A program made the translations under genes and the position numbers. Positions 29,326 to 42,792 of a stretch of 51,992 nucleotides of DNA are shown piece by piece; the first letter of the stretch is position 1; each line of letters opens with the position of its first letter. Origin of the DNA: Bigelowiella natans CCMP2755 (Eukaryota; Protista; Cercozoa); contig ADNK01003021.1 in assembly GCA_000320545.1 (NCBI GenBank), positions 1 to 51,992 of the forward strand, in the 5' to 3' direction. The notes under the pieces were generated by a model that saw only the letters and a list, made by a program, of their open reading frames with translations, made no database searches and was not told where the DNA came from.

Positions 29326-30906
29326 ATGTGGTCGTTCTTAGGCTGGACATCCAATGAATCTGAGTTGTCTGACGACGACGATGACAGTGTAAATCAGAGA
29401 ATAAGTAGTATAAAAAATCGCAAGGTGAACATGGACGGTATCGTGCGCATGTCGCACTCCAATCCAGGAGGCCTGGGGAAGGCCTACTATGGTTCTTTCC
29501 CCGACGCAAGAGCGTTTGAGAACGACTCCGACCAATCTTGCTGGACGTGTGTGTCCAAGCGAACAGCAGCAATACTTCTCGGGGCTGTATCAGTGTCCGT
29601 AATCGTCATGCTTCTGATGGTTGTGGACTTAGAATTTCCAGGCAAATTCAACCCTCGCGCAATAATTGACCCCCCCCAACAGCAGCAGCATAAGCATTCG
29701 AAACATCCTGGTCTTCAGACACCGACCAAGCTAAAGAATTGGAAAGAGAGAGTCAAGAAGCAGATTCTTGGTGGGGGAGGGCAAGGAACGGACCCCGGCG
29801 ACGGCAGCACTGACCCAGCAGCAGACCCTGCTGCTCCTGGCGACGACCCTCAGTCATCACCATTGCCACCACCCCCGCCACCTCCACAACAACTCAAGTC
29901 GCCTTCCTCCTCCCCAAAGCCTGACCCATCGTCACCGCCGCCTTCCACGGGACAGCAACAAGGGTCGCGGAAGCATCCACGGAAACTTACGAAGAAGCAA
30001 ATAGAGAAAATGCAGGCGGAGAAAGCTGCACAGGCAAGGGCTAGGGCAAAAGCACAGGCAGAAGCCAGGGCCGCGGACGAAAGAGCCAAAGCACAGCTCC
30101 AACAAGCTCGAGAGCAGGCGGCGGCGGCGCGAGCTTATGCAGCGCGCCGAACCGAAGAGAGCAACAAGGCGCAAGCAAGAACCGAGAAAGCCGCCGATGT
30201 AGCAGCCCAGAGAGCAGCTGCTGCGAGTCTTCAATCCCAGCGATCGGCGGCTGCAGCAAATGCCGCAGCAAGGATGAGGGTGCCTGGTACTGCCACAACA
30301 CCGACGGCACAAACAGTTGGTCAGACCGCGGCTCGGCCTGGATACCCTGCTACTACAACACAGCAGCAGCAGCAGCAGCAGCAGTCATCACCATATGCCA
30401 CTGCCCAACAGCAACAAAGACCTGCTGCTACCACCACCACAGCGCAGCAGCAACAGCAGGCAACACCACAACAACAACGGCCGGCTACTGCCCAGCAGCA
30501 GCAGCAGCAGCAGCAGCAAACAGCACAGCGAGCACCTGCTGCAGCTACTACTACTACCACCCCTTCCGCACCACAACCAAGGCCAGCTGTCTCGACCCCA
30601 TCAACCTACCCGCAGCAGCAGCAGCAGCAGCAGCAGCAGCCATCAGCTACTGCCTCTACACCTGCAGCTGCGCGCCCTGCTTCTGGGTATGCATCTCCTG
30701 CTGGTCCCCAGCAACAGCAGCAGCCGGCACAATCGAGCTATCCTTCTCAACAGCAGCAATCCTCGGGATACGCTACTCCTCAACAGCAGCAACAGCAGCA
30801 ACCACCACGCCCAACCGCTGCTGCGCCGGCAACGCCAGCGACGACGCCGGCAACGCCTGCACGTCCTGCAACCACTTATCCTGCTCCTCCTCAACCACGA
30901 CGATAA
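29326..30906 (+). CDS. Single-pass (probably type II) membrane protein with coiled coil and long Gln/Ala/Pro/Thr-rich low-complexity tail
   Basis: Uninterrupted ~526-codon ORF from ATG 29326. One TM (AAILLGAVSVSVIVMLLMVV), a Pro-rich linker, an Ala/Arg/Glu/Gln helical segment, then polyQ/PAT repeats. An upstream exon is possible (AT-rich intron-like sequence ~28960-29250). Confidence 0.7.
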   Translation: MWSFLGWTSNESELSDDDDDSVNQRISSIKNRKVNMDGIVRMSHSNPGGLGKAYYGSFPDARAFENDSDQSCWTCVSKRTAAILLGAVSVSVIVMLLMVVDLEFPGKFNPRAIIDPPQQQQHKHSKHPGLQTPTKLKNWKERVKKQILGGGGQGTDPGDGSTDPAADPAAPGDDPQSSPLPPPPPPPQQLKSPSSSPKPDPSSPPPSTGQQQGSRKHPRKLTKKQIEKMQAEKAAQARARAKAQAEARAADERAKAQLQQAREQAAAARAYAARRTEESNKAQARTEKAADVAAQRAAAASLQSQRSAAAANAAARMRVPGTATTPTAQTVGQTAARPGYPATTTQQQQQQQQSSPYATAQQQQRPAATTTTAQQQQQATPQQQRPATAQQQQQQQQQTAQRAPAAATTTTTPSAPQPRPAVSTPSTYPQQQQQQQQQPSATASTPAAARPASGYASPAGPQQQQQPAQSSYPSQQQQSSGYATPQQQQQQQPPRPTAAAPATPATTPATPARPATTYPAPPQPRR

Positions 30907-32330
30907 ATTCTTTATTCATCATCCTGCAGGAGCAGCCATGCCATGTACAAATAACCACATAGAACAAGATTCGGTAATTCAAACGAAGAACCAAAAATAG
31001 GGCCGAAAATTAGCAGGCAATGGTGATAATTTGCTTAGAAGCTATATGGAAGAAGCTATGAACCTAAAATATAGGAATATTGGGTGTAGATTTAAATATA
31101 TTATTATTTTGTGGTGATTCGATTATGATGAGAATTCTACTTCATTTCACTCATCACGGTTGCCAGCTCAACAACACGCATGTGAGTACGTCCACACGAG
31201 CTAAATTGCGTCGATGCATAGCAAGCATGCCGCCATGCCTACGCTACATAGCACATGTTGTGACGCAATGTCGGTCAAAAGACGCAGCACTACTTGATGA
31301 TTAGCTACGTGTGGCATAAGACGGATCGGATGCAATGAAGTGATGAAATCTTTGGTATTAGACGGATGAAATGAACACGTTAAAATTTTCAATTGTCATT
31401 CATTCTAATATGTGCATGTACTAGTCTAGCAAGCTAGCAAGTGTAGCCCATGGTATTCATCAAAGACTCACTCGCATCAGTAGGCATGCTTCAAACGTAC
31501 GTAACGCCTGCTACGTCTGCGCTGCGTGCATGCATGCATGCAACCGGTCCATAATCGCTGAATGACTAACGTCTCATGCGATCGATGACCACGTGCGATG
31601 TCACATTGCCATGCTAGCATGCTAGCATCTTGCGTAAGCCCTAGCCTCTAAGGCTAGACTTGTGACCCTAACATCTAGAATGTGCGCAGAAACTAAAAAT
31701 AAGTGTGTTTTTAGTGCTGCAGCCGCACTGCTTTCAATGATAGATTATTACTGTGTCTATTATTTCACATAGCTACGTTGGGATGGCTATTTAGATATAA
31801 TACGTGTGATTTATTTATCACATTCCTCTCATATACTCATAATATGTCTAGGTAGTCGATCAGTATGCATACCTATAGCCTTCGCTGACAATATCCAAAC
31901 GCATAAAACATGGAGCCGCTCGCTACTGCAGCAGAAGCTAGATGTATTCATCTATCTTCTCTACACGCGTCTAGGCGTGCTAGCGTGTCTGTGTGCATCG
32001 CGGAGCAATATATGTGACATATACTATAACGTTTATTCAGATGTGCATGTACTTGCTGCATGTATGTATTGATTTTTGTCTGCTCGCACGTGAGCATATT
32101 CTTAATGATTTTAACATGTTGGATGCACGACTACACAATGGGTTCGGTGCAATAATACAGTTCATAAAGTCATCGTTCTAGAGACGCAAGGTTACAATGC
32201 TAATGCATAAATCGTATTATGTACGTGGTGACGTACGAGCTGTAATAGCTTGCTGCCACATCGCAGATTCCCGCTGACGGACGCCACCATTGATGACGAG
32301 TCGTTCAGCGCCTTATTATCATTGTTATTT

Positions 32331-33732
32331 CTACTTTCCATCATAGTACTGCTGCTGCCTCCTCGCAGCTGAATCATCTAACTTCGACGGCTCCATCACG
32401 AACTCATAGCTTTGCAGCACATCGCCCGGCTTGAAGTCCTCAAACCCGTTCAGAAGGACACCGCATTCCTCCCCCTTGGGCATCGATTCAACGGAGTCCT
32501 TGAAGTGCCGCATAGATTCGGCCTCGTCTGTCGTGAATATCTCCTCGTCGTCGCGCAGAACGCGCCACTTAGCCTTCCTCACAAGCGTCCCGTTGCGAAC
32601 CCTTACCCCCGCGGCTGTGACGGTTTTGCGGCCACCAGAGCTAAGTTTGAGGGGCTGCAAGAATTCGGCGGAGCCTAGTACTTTCGTCTTCTCCACAGTA
32701 GGCAGCATTGCGCTGAGCTTGTCACGCACGTCATCAAAGAGGTTATATATGACGTCGTGGGCTGTGAGCGGGAGCTTGAGCCTCTCTGCCTCCTTTACGA
32801 TCGAAGCCCCAGCCTTAACGTTGAAGAGCACGAGGCATGCATTGGAGAGCATCTCCGCAGCGGCAAGGTCGGTGATGGTAGGAGGGCCTACGGCAGATTT
32901 GACCAACTTGGCTCTGACCTGATGATCAGGGAGCAGCTGCAGATAGTCGCCAATCGCTTCGAGAGAACCCTGGCAGTCACCTCGCAGGATTATGTGCAGC
33001 GTTTGGTTGCCGTCATCCCCATCGGCTCCATCGATATCCGCCACGGTGACGTCGTGGGTGGGAGATGTCGGCCTTGATCTCCGCCGTTGGCTCGACGATT
33101 TCTTATCACTAGCACTTGCAGCAGCGCGTAGCTTTACGTGCGCTTCCGCTTCCTTGGCACGCACGCTCCAAATGCTCTCATACGCTTCTTTATCCTTGCG
33201 GTACTCAATGATCTTCTTCGCCTCCTTCTCGTTCTTCACACATAAACCTTCGTCGCCGTAGGATTCCTCCCCCCGTAGCCCTGATATGGCCACAGGCGTG
33301 GAGGGGCCGGCCTTCTTCAGCCGTTTCCCTTGGCAGTCTAAGATCTCCTTTATCCGCCCATATTCCTTGCCGCATACGAAGAAGTCACCCACCTTGATGC
33401 TGCCCCACCTCACAATGGAGTTCAGTTGCAGTCCCTTTCCCCGCTGGAACTTGCTCTCAATCACCATAAACTCGCCGGCAGCCTTGTGGTCAGCGCGCAG
33501 CTCCTCCATTTCAGCCTGCACTTGTATTGCATCGATCTAAAGTAGCACGGTGGCATGTAGTAGCAGCAGCGGTGGCAGTAGTAGTAGTAGTAGTGGGGGT
33601 AGTGGGGGTAGTGGGGGAAAAAAATGAGAATGATGAGAGGTCGGTAGTTTTATCAATTGTAATCATATCTATGTAGTGCTTTGACTCCTCCACTCCTTTG
33701 CCTTTGTGCGTGCATGCATGTGTGTGTACTAG

Positions 33733-33776
<44 letters not shown>

Positions 33777-36190
33777 TAGTAGTAGTGTTTGTGTGTGCCG
33801 CTGCTAGTTTTCCCCTCCCCTTCTTCCACTTCTTCGTCTAATTCTTCTAATTCTTGTCCTTTTCAGACCAAATCATCAAGGCCAGTGCCGGTCTTTGCGG
33901 AAATATCCACTGATATTGTTTCTCCACCTAAGTCCTCCACCACAACACCAGCGTCCATCAACTGCCCTTTCGTCCTTGATGATCATAGTAGTAGCAGTAG
34001 TAGTAGTAGTAGTAGTAGGGAGACGATATCAGATATGTGATGCTTTATTGCAGCTGGCAATGGCAAATCACACAGAGCAGTTTGAATTGTGCAACAAAAA
34101 TATCCAAAGAAAACGGTAGTCGGTGTGCTATTGCTGATTTCAATTGAAATGTGATGTTAGGTGTATTCCTCTCAACATAATCCATTGCCATAATCACTTC
34201 TTAAATAATAATTAAAATATATATAATATGTTGATGTACAACACACCCGTCGACATCAGCCCCATCAACGTCGCATTTGTTGATGGCGATGATGATTGGG
34301 AGCTCTTGATCTTGGGCAATACGAATGGATTCGACGGTTTGCTCTTGCACGCCATCAGTTGCGCTAAGGGAAAAGGTTGAGAGACGTTAATACGCAAAAC
34401 AACATTGGCCAGAGAGAGAGAGAGAGTGATGAGGGGGGGGAGGGGTTAGGATGGAAGCAGAGGAAAAAGGTCCAGAAGCGGTCGGCTTGATGTAACAAAT
34501 CAACGTGTCTTTTCCTCTCCTCCTCCTCCTCCTATAACACAGCTGCTACTACCTGACTACGATAACAGCAATATCCGTTGCCTGACAGCCTCTCGATCTC
34601 ATTGCATGGAATACAGAATGCCCAGGGGTATCGAGAAAGCATAGCTCAGCGCCATTAGACTTAACAAGGAAACCACCCAACCCTTGCGTTATACCGCCTG
34701 CTTCCGACTCTACAACGTTTGTCTTCCTAAGAGCATCGAGTAGAGATGTCTTTCCGTGGTTGACATGGCCCATGATGCATACGATAGGCGGCTTTGGCTT
34801 CAATGATGACCTGTTGTTTAACGTTGTTAGTCGTCACACACCACTACCCTCCTTTAACTCTAATCGTGGAGGAAAAAGCCGATTTGCATGTGGCACGGTG
34901 CACTGCATTCATCAAGACATGCACACGCATAAACACCCACAAGCACAAGCACAAGCACGCATGCACACACGTTAGTATCTATATCTGCATATGCACCACA
35001 CGGATGAATGTTACCACTACTACTACTACTACTACTATTAGGTCGAGGACTACTATTTACGACCTATCCTCTGGAATCACTGTGGGCAGCCTATCAATTT
35101 TGCTTATTTTCGACGCGATTTGAACGTCGATATCGAGCTCCAAGCCGATCAACTCCGCTGTGCTGGCATCAAGGTACTCGCAGGCATCGATCTTGCGCAT
35201 GCCAAGCTGCTCCACCATTACGTCGTTCAGCTTTGACATTGAATACTTGGTCCACCGGGAGAGGTCACGGAGCGTCATCATATCAGGCACAACACAAGCA
35301 CGCTGCTCCTTAGAAATTGCGCGACTGGGTCGGTTTTTCTTCGGCTGCCACACCTTTCTAAATTTAAGTTTGGACGCGTAAGTTTCGAATTCGGGACCGA
35401 CCTCATCGTCCTCATCATATTCCGCCACTTTGGCGGGGGCTTTTGCCTCCAAGTCTGCCTTCTTGCTCTTCACACTCCTCAGAAGTTGCTTCCCGGATTG
35501 ACCAGAGGCCGATGAGGATGGTAGCGAGGAGGAGGAGGGTGAGAAGGCGGATGATGGAATCGTTCCCTTATCCTTTTGTAGCTTAAAATTTTTGAAGAAG
35601 GCTGGGATACTGTTTGCGTCCCTGGACGATGACGACGATGATTTCTTGGACGACATGGAATCATCCTTTTGGAATATCCCTGACATGTCAACACTTTTTG
35701 CACCCATCCTCTTCTTATTACCTAGAGCTCCCATTAAATTGATCGACGATGGCCTCGATGATGATGATGACGGTGATGGTGACGAGCTCGCATTTGATGA
35801 TGATGAAACAATTGCTTTCAGAGTACTGATTGTATCATGTTGGGCTGACTTTCGTGGCGATCGTACCCGTCCTGATTCCTCGCCGGAAATTGGAGATGAT
35901 GATTGTGATTTGTTTGCCTGAGCCAATTTCCTCAAAAGACCGGATACATTGACTTTGTTTTCTTCTCCCCTTTCACCCTTCTTCCCTCCTTTAATGGACG
36001 CTGTAAAGTTCCTTTGACTGTCATCGCGTCGAGAATTGAGATCGCGGGGAGGAGCTGTGCTCAACAACAAGCTCAGCGATGAAGGGTGGTTTAGATAGCG
36101 GTATCGATGGCAGGGGGCAGAGGAGTGCCCAGGGAATGCCTGTGCATAGATTTTACCCCCTGATCTTCGAAATTGAAACGCTTTCCACAT
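32331..36190 (-). CDS. MTIF2: Translation initiation factor IF-2, organellar (probably mitochondrial); 5 exons
   Basis: [50 protein letters not shown]|[35 protein letters not shown], domain III ([13 protein letters not shown]) and domain IV ([14 protein letters not shown]). The Arg/Ser-rich N-terminus is poor in acidic residues, consistent with a mitochondrial presequence. Confidence 0.92.
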
Positions 36191-36380
36191 AATCTCGTGA
36201 AAATTCTCTTCCCTCCTCTAAAACCACCAGGAGGTGGGGGGCATGTTCTTGTCTGGTGGGGGTGGTAGATCCAGTGACTGGTTGCTTCTTCGGCCTGTTG
36301 GGAGGTTGTTGCCTGTTGTTGCAATGGTAATAATGACATCGATTTTGGGGAAAATCCAGGACATTTGGGTGTAAAATGTA

Positions 36381-37300
36381 CAGGAGGAACTCAAAACCTT
36401 TGGAAAGTGAGTGCTCACATTTGGGAAAATGTTGAAGCGGTGAACATCTGGAAGCAATCGTCATCGCTACATTTCCCCCAACTGTCCGGAATGAGCATGC
36501 CTGCTTTCTTCTTTTCATTCCCACTCCCAGGCAAGGCTAGAAGGCAACGGCTGTGGCTCCGTGCAGGCGTGGCCCAAAATGGTTCATGTGCTTTCCAATG
36601 AGTGCTGTCTAGCTGTGGGTTGATGGATTGATTGATTGATGCTCGCTTTTGACATTGACTGGCTAGCCGGGTTGAAATGAGTGTGCAGTGTCACAATGAA
36701 AGAAAGAAAGAAAGAAGTGGAGAAACTTTGCAGATCGATGCGAGCACGCAAAAGTGCACGTGCGAATGTTGTGCAGAAAAGATCATCAGAATGAACGCAC
36801 GCTTGAACAATTTGAACGACTGAATGATGTGCTGCTGGCAAGCAGGCTGGACGCCCCTCGAACGATTGACGCAGTGAACGTTTGGAAGGCGGAAGGTTGC
36901 ATCAAAACCACAAACAAACGTGATGAAGAACTGCACTTCCAAAATGTTGCATGATGTTTGCAAAGTGTGAAACGCAGTGCCTCGAACTAGCCCAGTGGCT
37001 TTGGTGAGGACTGCTAGACTGCATCAATTGATGATTGATGAGTGAACGAGGAGGTGTTGATTGCACGTTTGGCTTGTTCACGTTCATTTGAAACATTGAA
37101 ACATTGATCACAATGTCAGACATTCAACACGCGCACGCATGTCTCGCCACAAGCGCTCCGTCACACATGATGATGCCATGCCACTGTGGATGAATGTGCA
37201 AATGTGACAGTTGTGAATTGTTTGTGCAACATGGTGCACACGTCGTTCACATCCATTGCACCCGCTGTTGTGCAAATTTCGCGAGGGATGACAAAATCAT
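36381..37300. other. TpA-depleted intergenic island 2
   Basis: Manual scan found 6 TpA in 920 nt: five CTAG and one CTAC. Confidence 0.92.
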
Positions 37301-37345
37301 TCAATCTAGCGTAGCGCAAGAGGAATCCTTCTGTCTTAACGACAT

Positions 37346-38334
37346 TTATCCTCGTGTGATAATTCTTTTCCTTTCTCGCTGGTCTCCAAGCCATTCTTCC
37401 ATTCGCCGTCTAATTTGTATGAAAGTACTGATGAGGACACATGCGATTACCACCAGTGCATTCACGCGCTTATCTGCTGCGAATGTAAATTGATCATCCA
37501 AACTGTTCGCAAGCACACATACGAGGATATTGTTCGACACTAGTAGTAGAATCTCGGGAAGATACCCACCAGTGTATGAGGCGGAGACCGAATGGACGCT
37601 GTACTTCGAAGAGCTCGATGTTTTCGAGTGGGGAAATACTTGGGGCACTGATGATCGTCGTGGATGTAAAGAAAAATAAGGATGTAGTATCTCGATTGGA
37701 GCATGATTTACTTGGCTCTCAAGAGTTAGGAGGGAGAGGAGGAGGGAAAGGAAGCGTGCGAGCAAGTACAAATTAGTATATTATTCTCTCTTCACACGGC
37801 CGTTTCGAAGGGGGGGGAGGGAAAAGCTCCTACCAGTTATCTCTCGAATCGTCACATCACACACTCTGTCTGCACCCCATCACCACCACCACCACCATGA
37901 TTGCTTCTGTCGTCACCTATCAAGGACGCGGCCAGTATGATAGCGATGATAGAGCATATGAGGATGTTGAAATGCAGTGCCTAATGATGGAAGAGGTGTT
38001 TTAGATAATCATCGGCGAAGCAGCAGCAGGAGGAGGAGGAGGGGTAGGGGTACAAAAAACATAACAACATAATGAAGGAATTCTCCATGTTGAACTAAAC
38101 AAAGACGATTGTTCTGTACTAAGCTCTTACGTCTGATAACAACAATAAGCAGCCCACATATATTACATACAATCAATAACTAGTAGTCGGACAACTACCA
38201 CCTTCATGTAGTTGCTGATGACCATATAGAGGCCTCCAAATGTCATTGTACCTTTCAAACCACCCATCGGAAAGAGTCAATATTCAGCCACGTATATAGG
38301 CTTGTATGCAGTTTATTCGTGGTATATTATCGAA

Positions 38335-38389
<55 letters not shown>

Positions 38390-39142
38390 GGTGTGTGTGT
38401 GTGTGTGTTGTGAGTTTATTTGTAACAGGAAGTTGTGATTAGCTGTGTATTATGTATGTATGATATGAGAGGAAATGACCAAGATAGAGCACGGAGCACG
38501 TAGATCCATGCGGCACGGGTTGCGTGCGTTCGGTCACCAAATCGAGCATAGCAGGCTGCACCATACTGCCATATATATAAACATCATATCAGAGTAAGTA
38601 TAGGTATATCACCACCGCTACCACTGCTACTACTACTACTGCTACTACTACAACTACCACTACGATGTAAACGGACTCAATTTAATGACTGAATATGCTC
38701 ACACGCGTGACAACGCAAGCAGCACCTAAAAGAAAATCCCGCGCATACGGAGCACAGGGTGATGAGCATCAAGTTCGTCGTGCTCTTTTCGAGCGTAATT
38801 GCCCAAGAGAACACCTGATTGATTGGTTGATTGATTGGTTGATTGATTGGCCGATTGATTGGCTGATGTCGTAGGAGAACAGGGGGGTATGAGAATAATA
38901 TGTGAAAATCCTTGATAATTGACGTGGACGCATACTACGTGCTCGGCGAGGCAACACTACTCCAGCATGGGTATGTGAGAGAATCTATTGAAATTATTAC
39001 TATCATCGAGCAGAGCGCCAGTAGGAGCGAGGCAATGATGATGGTTTCGATGATATGCAGGGTGTCAATTAATTTTCCAGCCAATACCATCCCTTAGAGG
39101 AAGAGAAAAGACGAAGCAATAGAGGGAGAGAGGGTGGGAAAG

Positions 39143-39189
<47 letters not shown>

Positions 39190-39687
39190 AGAAAGAAGAG
39201 AGACAGGTGGTGTTAGATAACGTATCCTGCGTATATGGCCATACATGCATATTTAGAGTTATATCGATGATGACAACTGATCATCCATTGCAAGCGCCTC
39301 CTCCTCACTTCATCACCAAACCTGGGAGAGCAATTGCCTGAAGAAGAACTCCAGGAATCATAATCATGCCGTCTGAGTACCTGTTTTCGAACGTCAATTC
39401 CGTCGGTCGCTCGTCGTTTTGGCTATGAATCATCGCAAATCATGCATGGCAAAAAGAAGCTAGCACTCGTCTAGAAAACAGCAATCTTCTTCTGCGAACA
39501 ATTTCCACATCCCCAGCAGGTCATCACCCGGGCTCGTTCGGGCGTGTGGCTGCTGCTGCTGCTGCTGCTGCTTAAGATGCATGCTTCTATGAAATTCGAA
39601 TGCTCTTATGTATATGGTGTCAAGACTACTACTCTCCTGCTGTGGTAGATACTACTTCGGCAGAAGAAAGAGTGCGGGTGGAGTGCA

Positions 39688-39730
<43 letters not shown>

Positions 39731-40559
39731 AGAAGAAGGAAGTCATCTTATCATATACCCGGAGGGACTCATGTTCTGATTCAACAGCGTGCCTTTGTGT
39801 TGGATATGGCAAAAAATCGGTGGGAGGGGGGGGGAGGAAATCAAGATAGTCGAATAGCGCATATAATAACAATAGTAACAATAATAACCACTCTAGATTT
39901 AACAACTAGACAACGACGACTGACTGCATGCATGCAGCACCATCTCACCCATATCCCAGTAAATCGGAGCCACAAGAGCGAAACCTGTTGTTCATTCGTG
40001 ATAGGTGTGTGTGGGTGCTTTCTTTTTAGGAGGGGGGGGTGGGGGGGGGGGGGGGGGGGATGCTTGCTGAAGATTCAGACGCTCACACGTTTCAAAGCGA
40101 CATATGTAGTACTACGAATTGACTCTTTTGATATCTACATGCTTTCATGCATATGCTCTTGGGCACAAGTGTGTGCTTACGTGTGTATCGTACCCAATCC
40201 ATAGGCCCAGAAGTTAGGATTTGTTACCATGAGCTTTAAGGCCACCACCAACTCCATCTCATCTCTACCACCAACGAATAATAATACAACAACAACAACA
40301 ACAATAACGGAGAGTAATCGGGGGGGCGGAAAGTGTGCTCAATTCGGAATTTTTGAAAGGCCAAAGGCTTCGAGCAGCAGTGGCTTTGTGTGCGCGCGTG
40401 TGTGTTTGTCCAGCATATGCTCAAAGACTCGAAACAGAAGGCACAACAGTGAGTTTTCTGGCAATTTCTCAAGGTTTTGCGAAGGCCAATGACTTTGCTG
40501 TTGATTGGCGGCAAGACTGAAGCTTAATGCCGCGGAGCAATATTCTGTACTTCCGTCGG

Positions 40560-40598
<39 letters not shown>

Positions 40599-41544
40599 AT
40601 TTACCTTGCACGTATTGGCACCCTTCTCGTAGCATTTGGCGGTGTCGATTTGAAAAGAAAAAATGCCTAATAAAGAGAGCAGTAACCGTGTAAGATATCA
40701 GTCTTTAGGAAAATCTATGCTAGTGATATTTGCGAATAAACCGACCAACAGAAAAGCGATCCCAGTGATAGCTGCAAGCGTCAAATGGCAAATCTGTCAC
40801 ATAATGGAGAGATGGGGGAGGGGGGGGGGGGGGAGAATCATGATTATGGCAAAGTAATGATCTTATTGTGATGCAACACTTGTAGATTGAGATGATAATG
40901 AGGAAGATGATGATGATCATGTAAGCATATGCATGCATGCAATACCGATCCAACAACTCATTATCCCACCCGACATGATTCGTTTGTGTTGTTTGAACAG
41001 CTGGTATTTACTTCTTGCCGAGTAGTAGTAGTAGTTGTAGGCACATATTATTACCAGGAATTGCGTCTTCTGTTTAGATCTGTCGGTCTCTTCGGTCACG
41101 ATCAGAGGCGGAAGCAAGTATCTTCAGCGGAAGAAGAAGAAGAAGAAGAAGAAGAAGAAGAAGAAGAAGAATGATCATGAGCACACACTATAGAGATTCG
41201 AATGGTAATGACGATGATGATGACGATGACAAATACGGTAATGCCATGTATACGGCTTTTATATCTAAAGTTATTCTGATATCATCCTTTTCTCTCTTGA
41301 ATGAAGTAGACAACCAAGTATGCACATAGGTTTTTTTCCTCACTCCCCTCCTCCTCTCCCCCCCCCTCCAAAATATTTTGCAATTTTTGTTTTTGGCCTT
41401 AAAAAAGGATCATCGGTTTATCATCATCATCATCATCCAAAATGTATTATTACCCAACGACCATGCCCATCTGGTTTGCAAGGACCTATGAAGGAAGAGG
41501 AGCAAGAAGAATAGCAACAACGACAAGAAGAAGAGATAATGATG

Positions 41545-41576
<32 letters not shown>

Positions 41577-42334
41577 GAACCCGTCATTCGAATGTAATAC
41601 TTGACACATATCTCTCTGATACCAAAAAACTATTCAGCAAATGCATTATCTCAGTCTTCCTTGCGTCGTTCGCACGGAAGAAGAAGTCAAGACAACATGG
41701 CGGCGGTGTTTTGAGTAGCCTCATGCCCCTCGAGGGGGTTTCAAACTATACGGGTGATGCTCTCTAGTCTACACGGCTCTCGATGCGGCAGAGCACAGAA
41801 CAAGGGTGCTTTCTTCCAAGCGAACAGCTGACAATACGAATATATTTGCGCTCTCAGTTGTAGCACCCACCCCAATGGAGACTGCCATTCCACGTTCTGA
41901 TTCAGGAAACCTACACAGAAAGAAAGATGAGGATGACTATCAATCAATCACTAGAAGGGGGGTACGAGAAAACCACCTGAAACGTGCATTCATTCGCGTG
42001 TACAATGCGTGCAAAAACAAGTATCATCTGGGCTATGTTTTGCGTGGGGGGGACTGTTGCATTGTGATGATGCACATTATGCCCTCCTTACATCCCTCTG
42101 CCCCCTCCCTCCCCAAACAATTCTCTCTCCTCAACCATCGTTTTTTTTCTTTTTCTTCTTCTTCTTTTACCAGCTGGCCGGCACAAGAGTGAAACAGGAC
42201 AGGATGAAAGGACCGTTCACTGCGCAAATAGCTGTTCCTAACAACAAATTCCAAGTCGTGTTATGTTATTCTATCATCATCACACTCTTCATCCTTCATA
42301 CTGTTTGTTGTCAATTTGGTTTTATGGCAGCAGC

Positions 42335-42368
<34 letters not shown>

Positions 42369-42644
42369 TAATAATAGTAATAATAATAATAATAATACCG
42401 AGCAAGTAGTAGTTGAAGGAGGCCGAGGAGCCGTTGTATGCCACCGCGCGAATACCACAACTTGTAACAAAGCAAGGAAGTCAGAAGTAGTTCGTAAATA
42501 TAACAAAAAGAGCTTAGCGCAGTCTTTCAATTGGATTAATTTGGGGAGAATATGCAGCCACAATGTGGCCGTCTGCCATGTCGTGTTACAACATATATTA
42601 TATATTATATATGTACACACACAAACACACACACATGTATATAT

Positions 42645-42680
<36 letters not shown>

Positions 42681-42744
42681 TGTATTTATATATCGCTTGT
42701 TGAGTAAAGTTTCGAGTAATGTTTTGTTATAACGTATACATAGA

Positions 42745-42792
<48 letters not shown>

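Noticed and set aside
36381-37300. RIP or 5mC deamination as the cause of the islands
   Set aside because: RIP creates TpA and removes CpA/TpG, and 5mC decay removes CpG. Here TpA is lost, TG/CA are abundant and CpG persists.
36584-37493. Cluster of 66-99 aa ORFs
   Set aside because: Same artefact of TpA depletion; no recognisable protein motifs.
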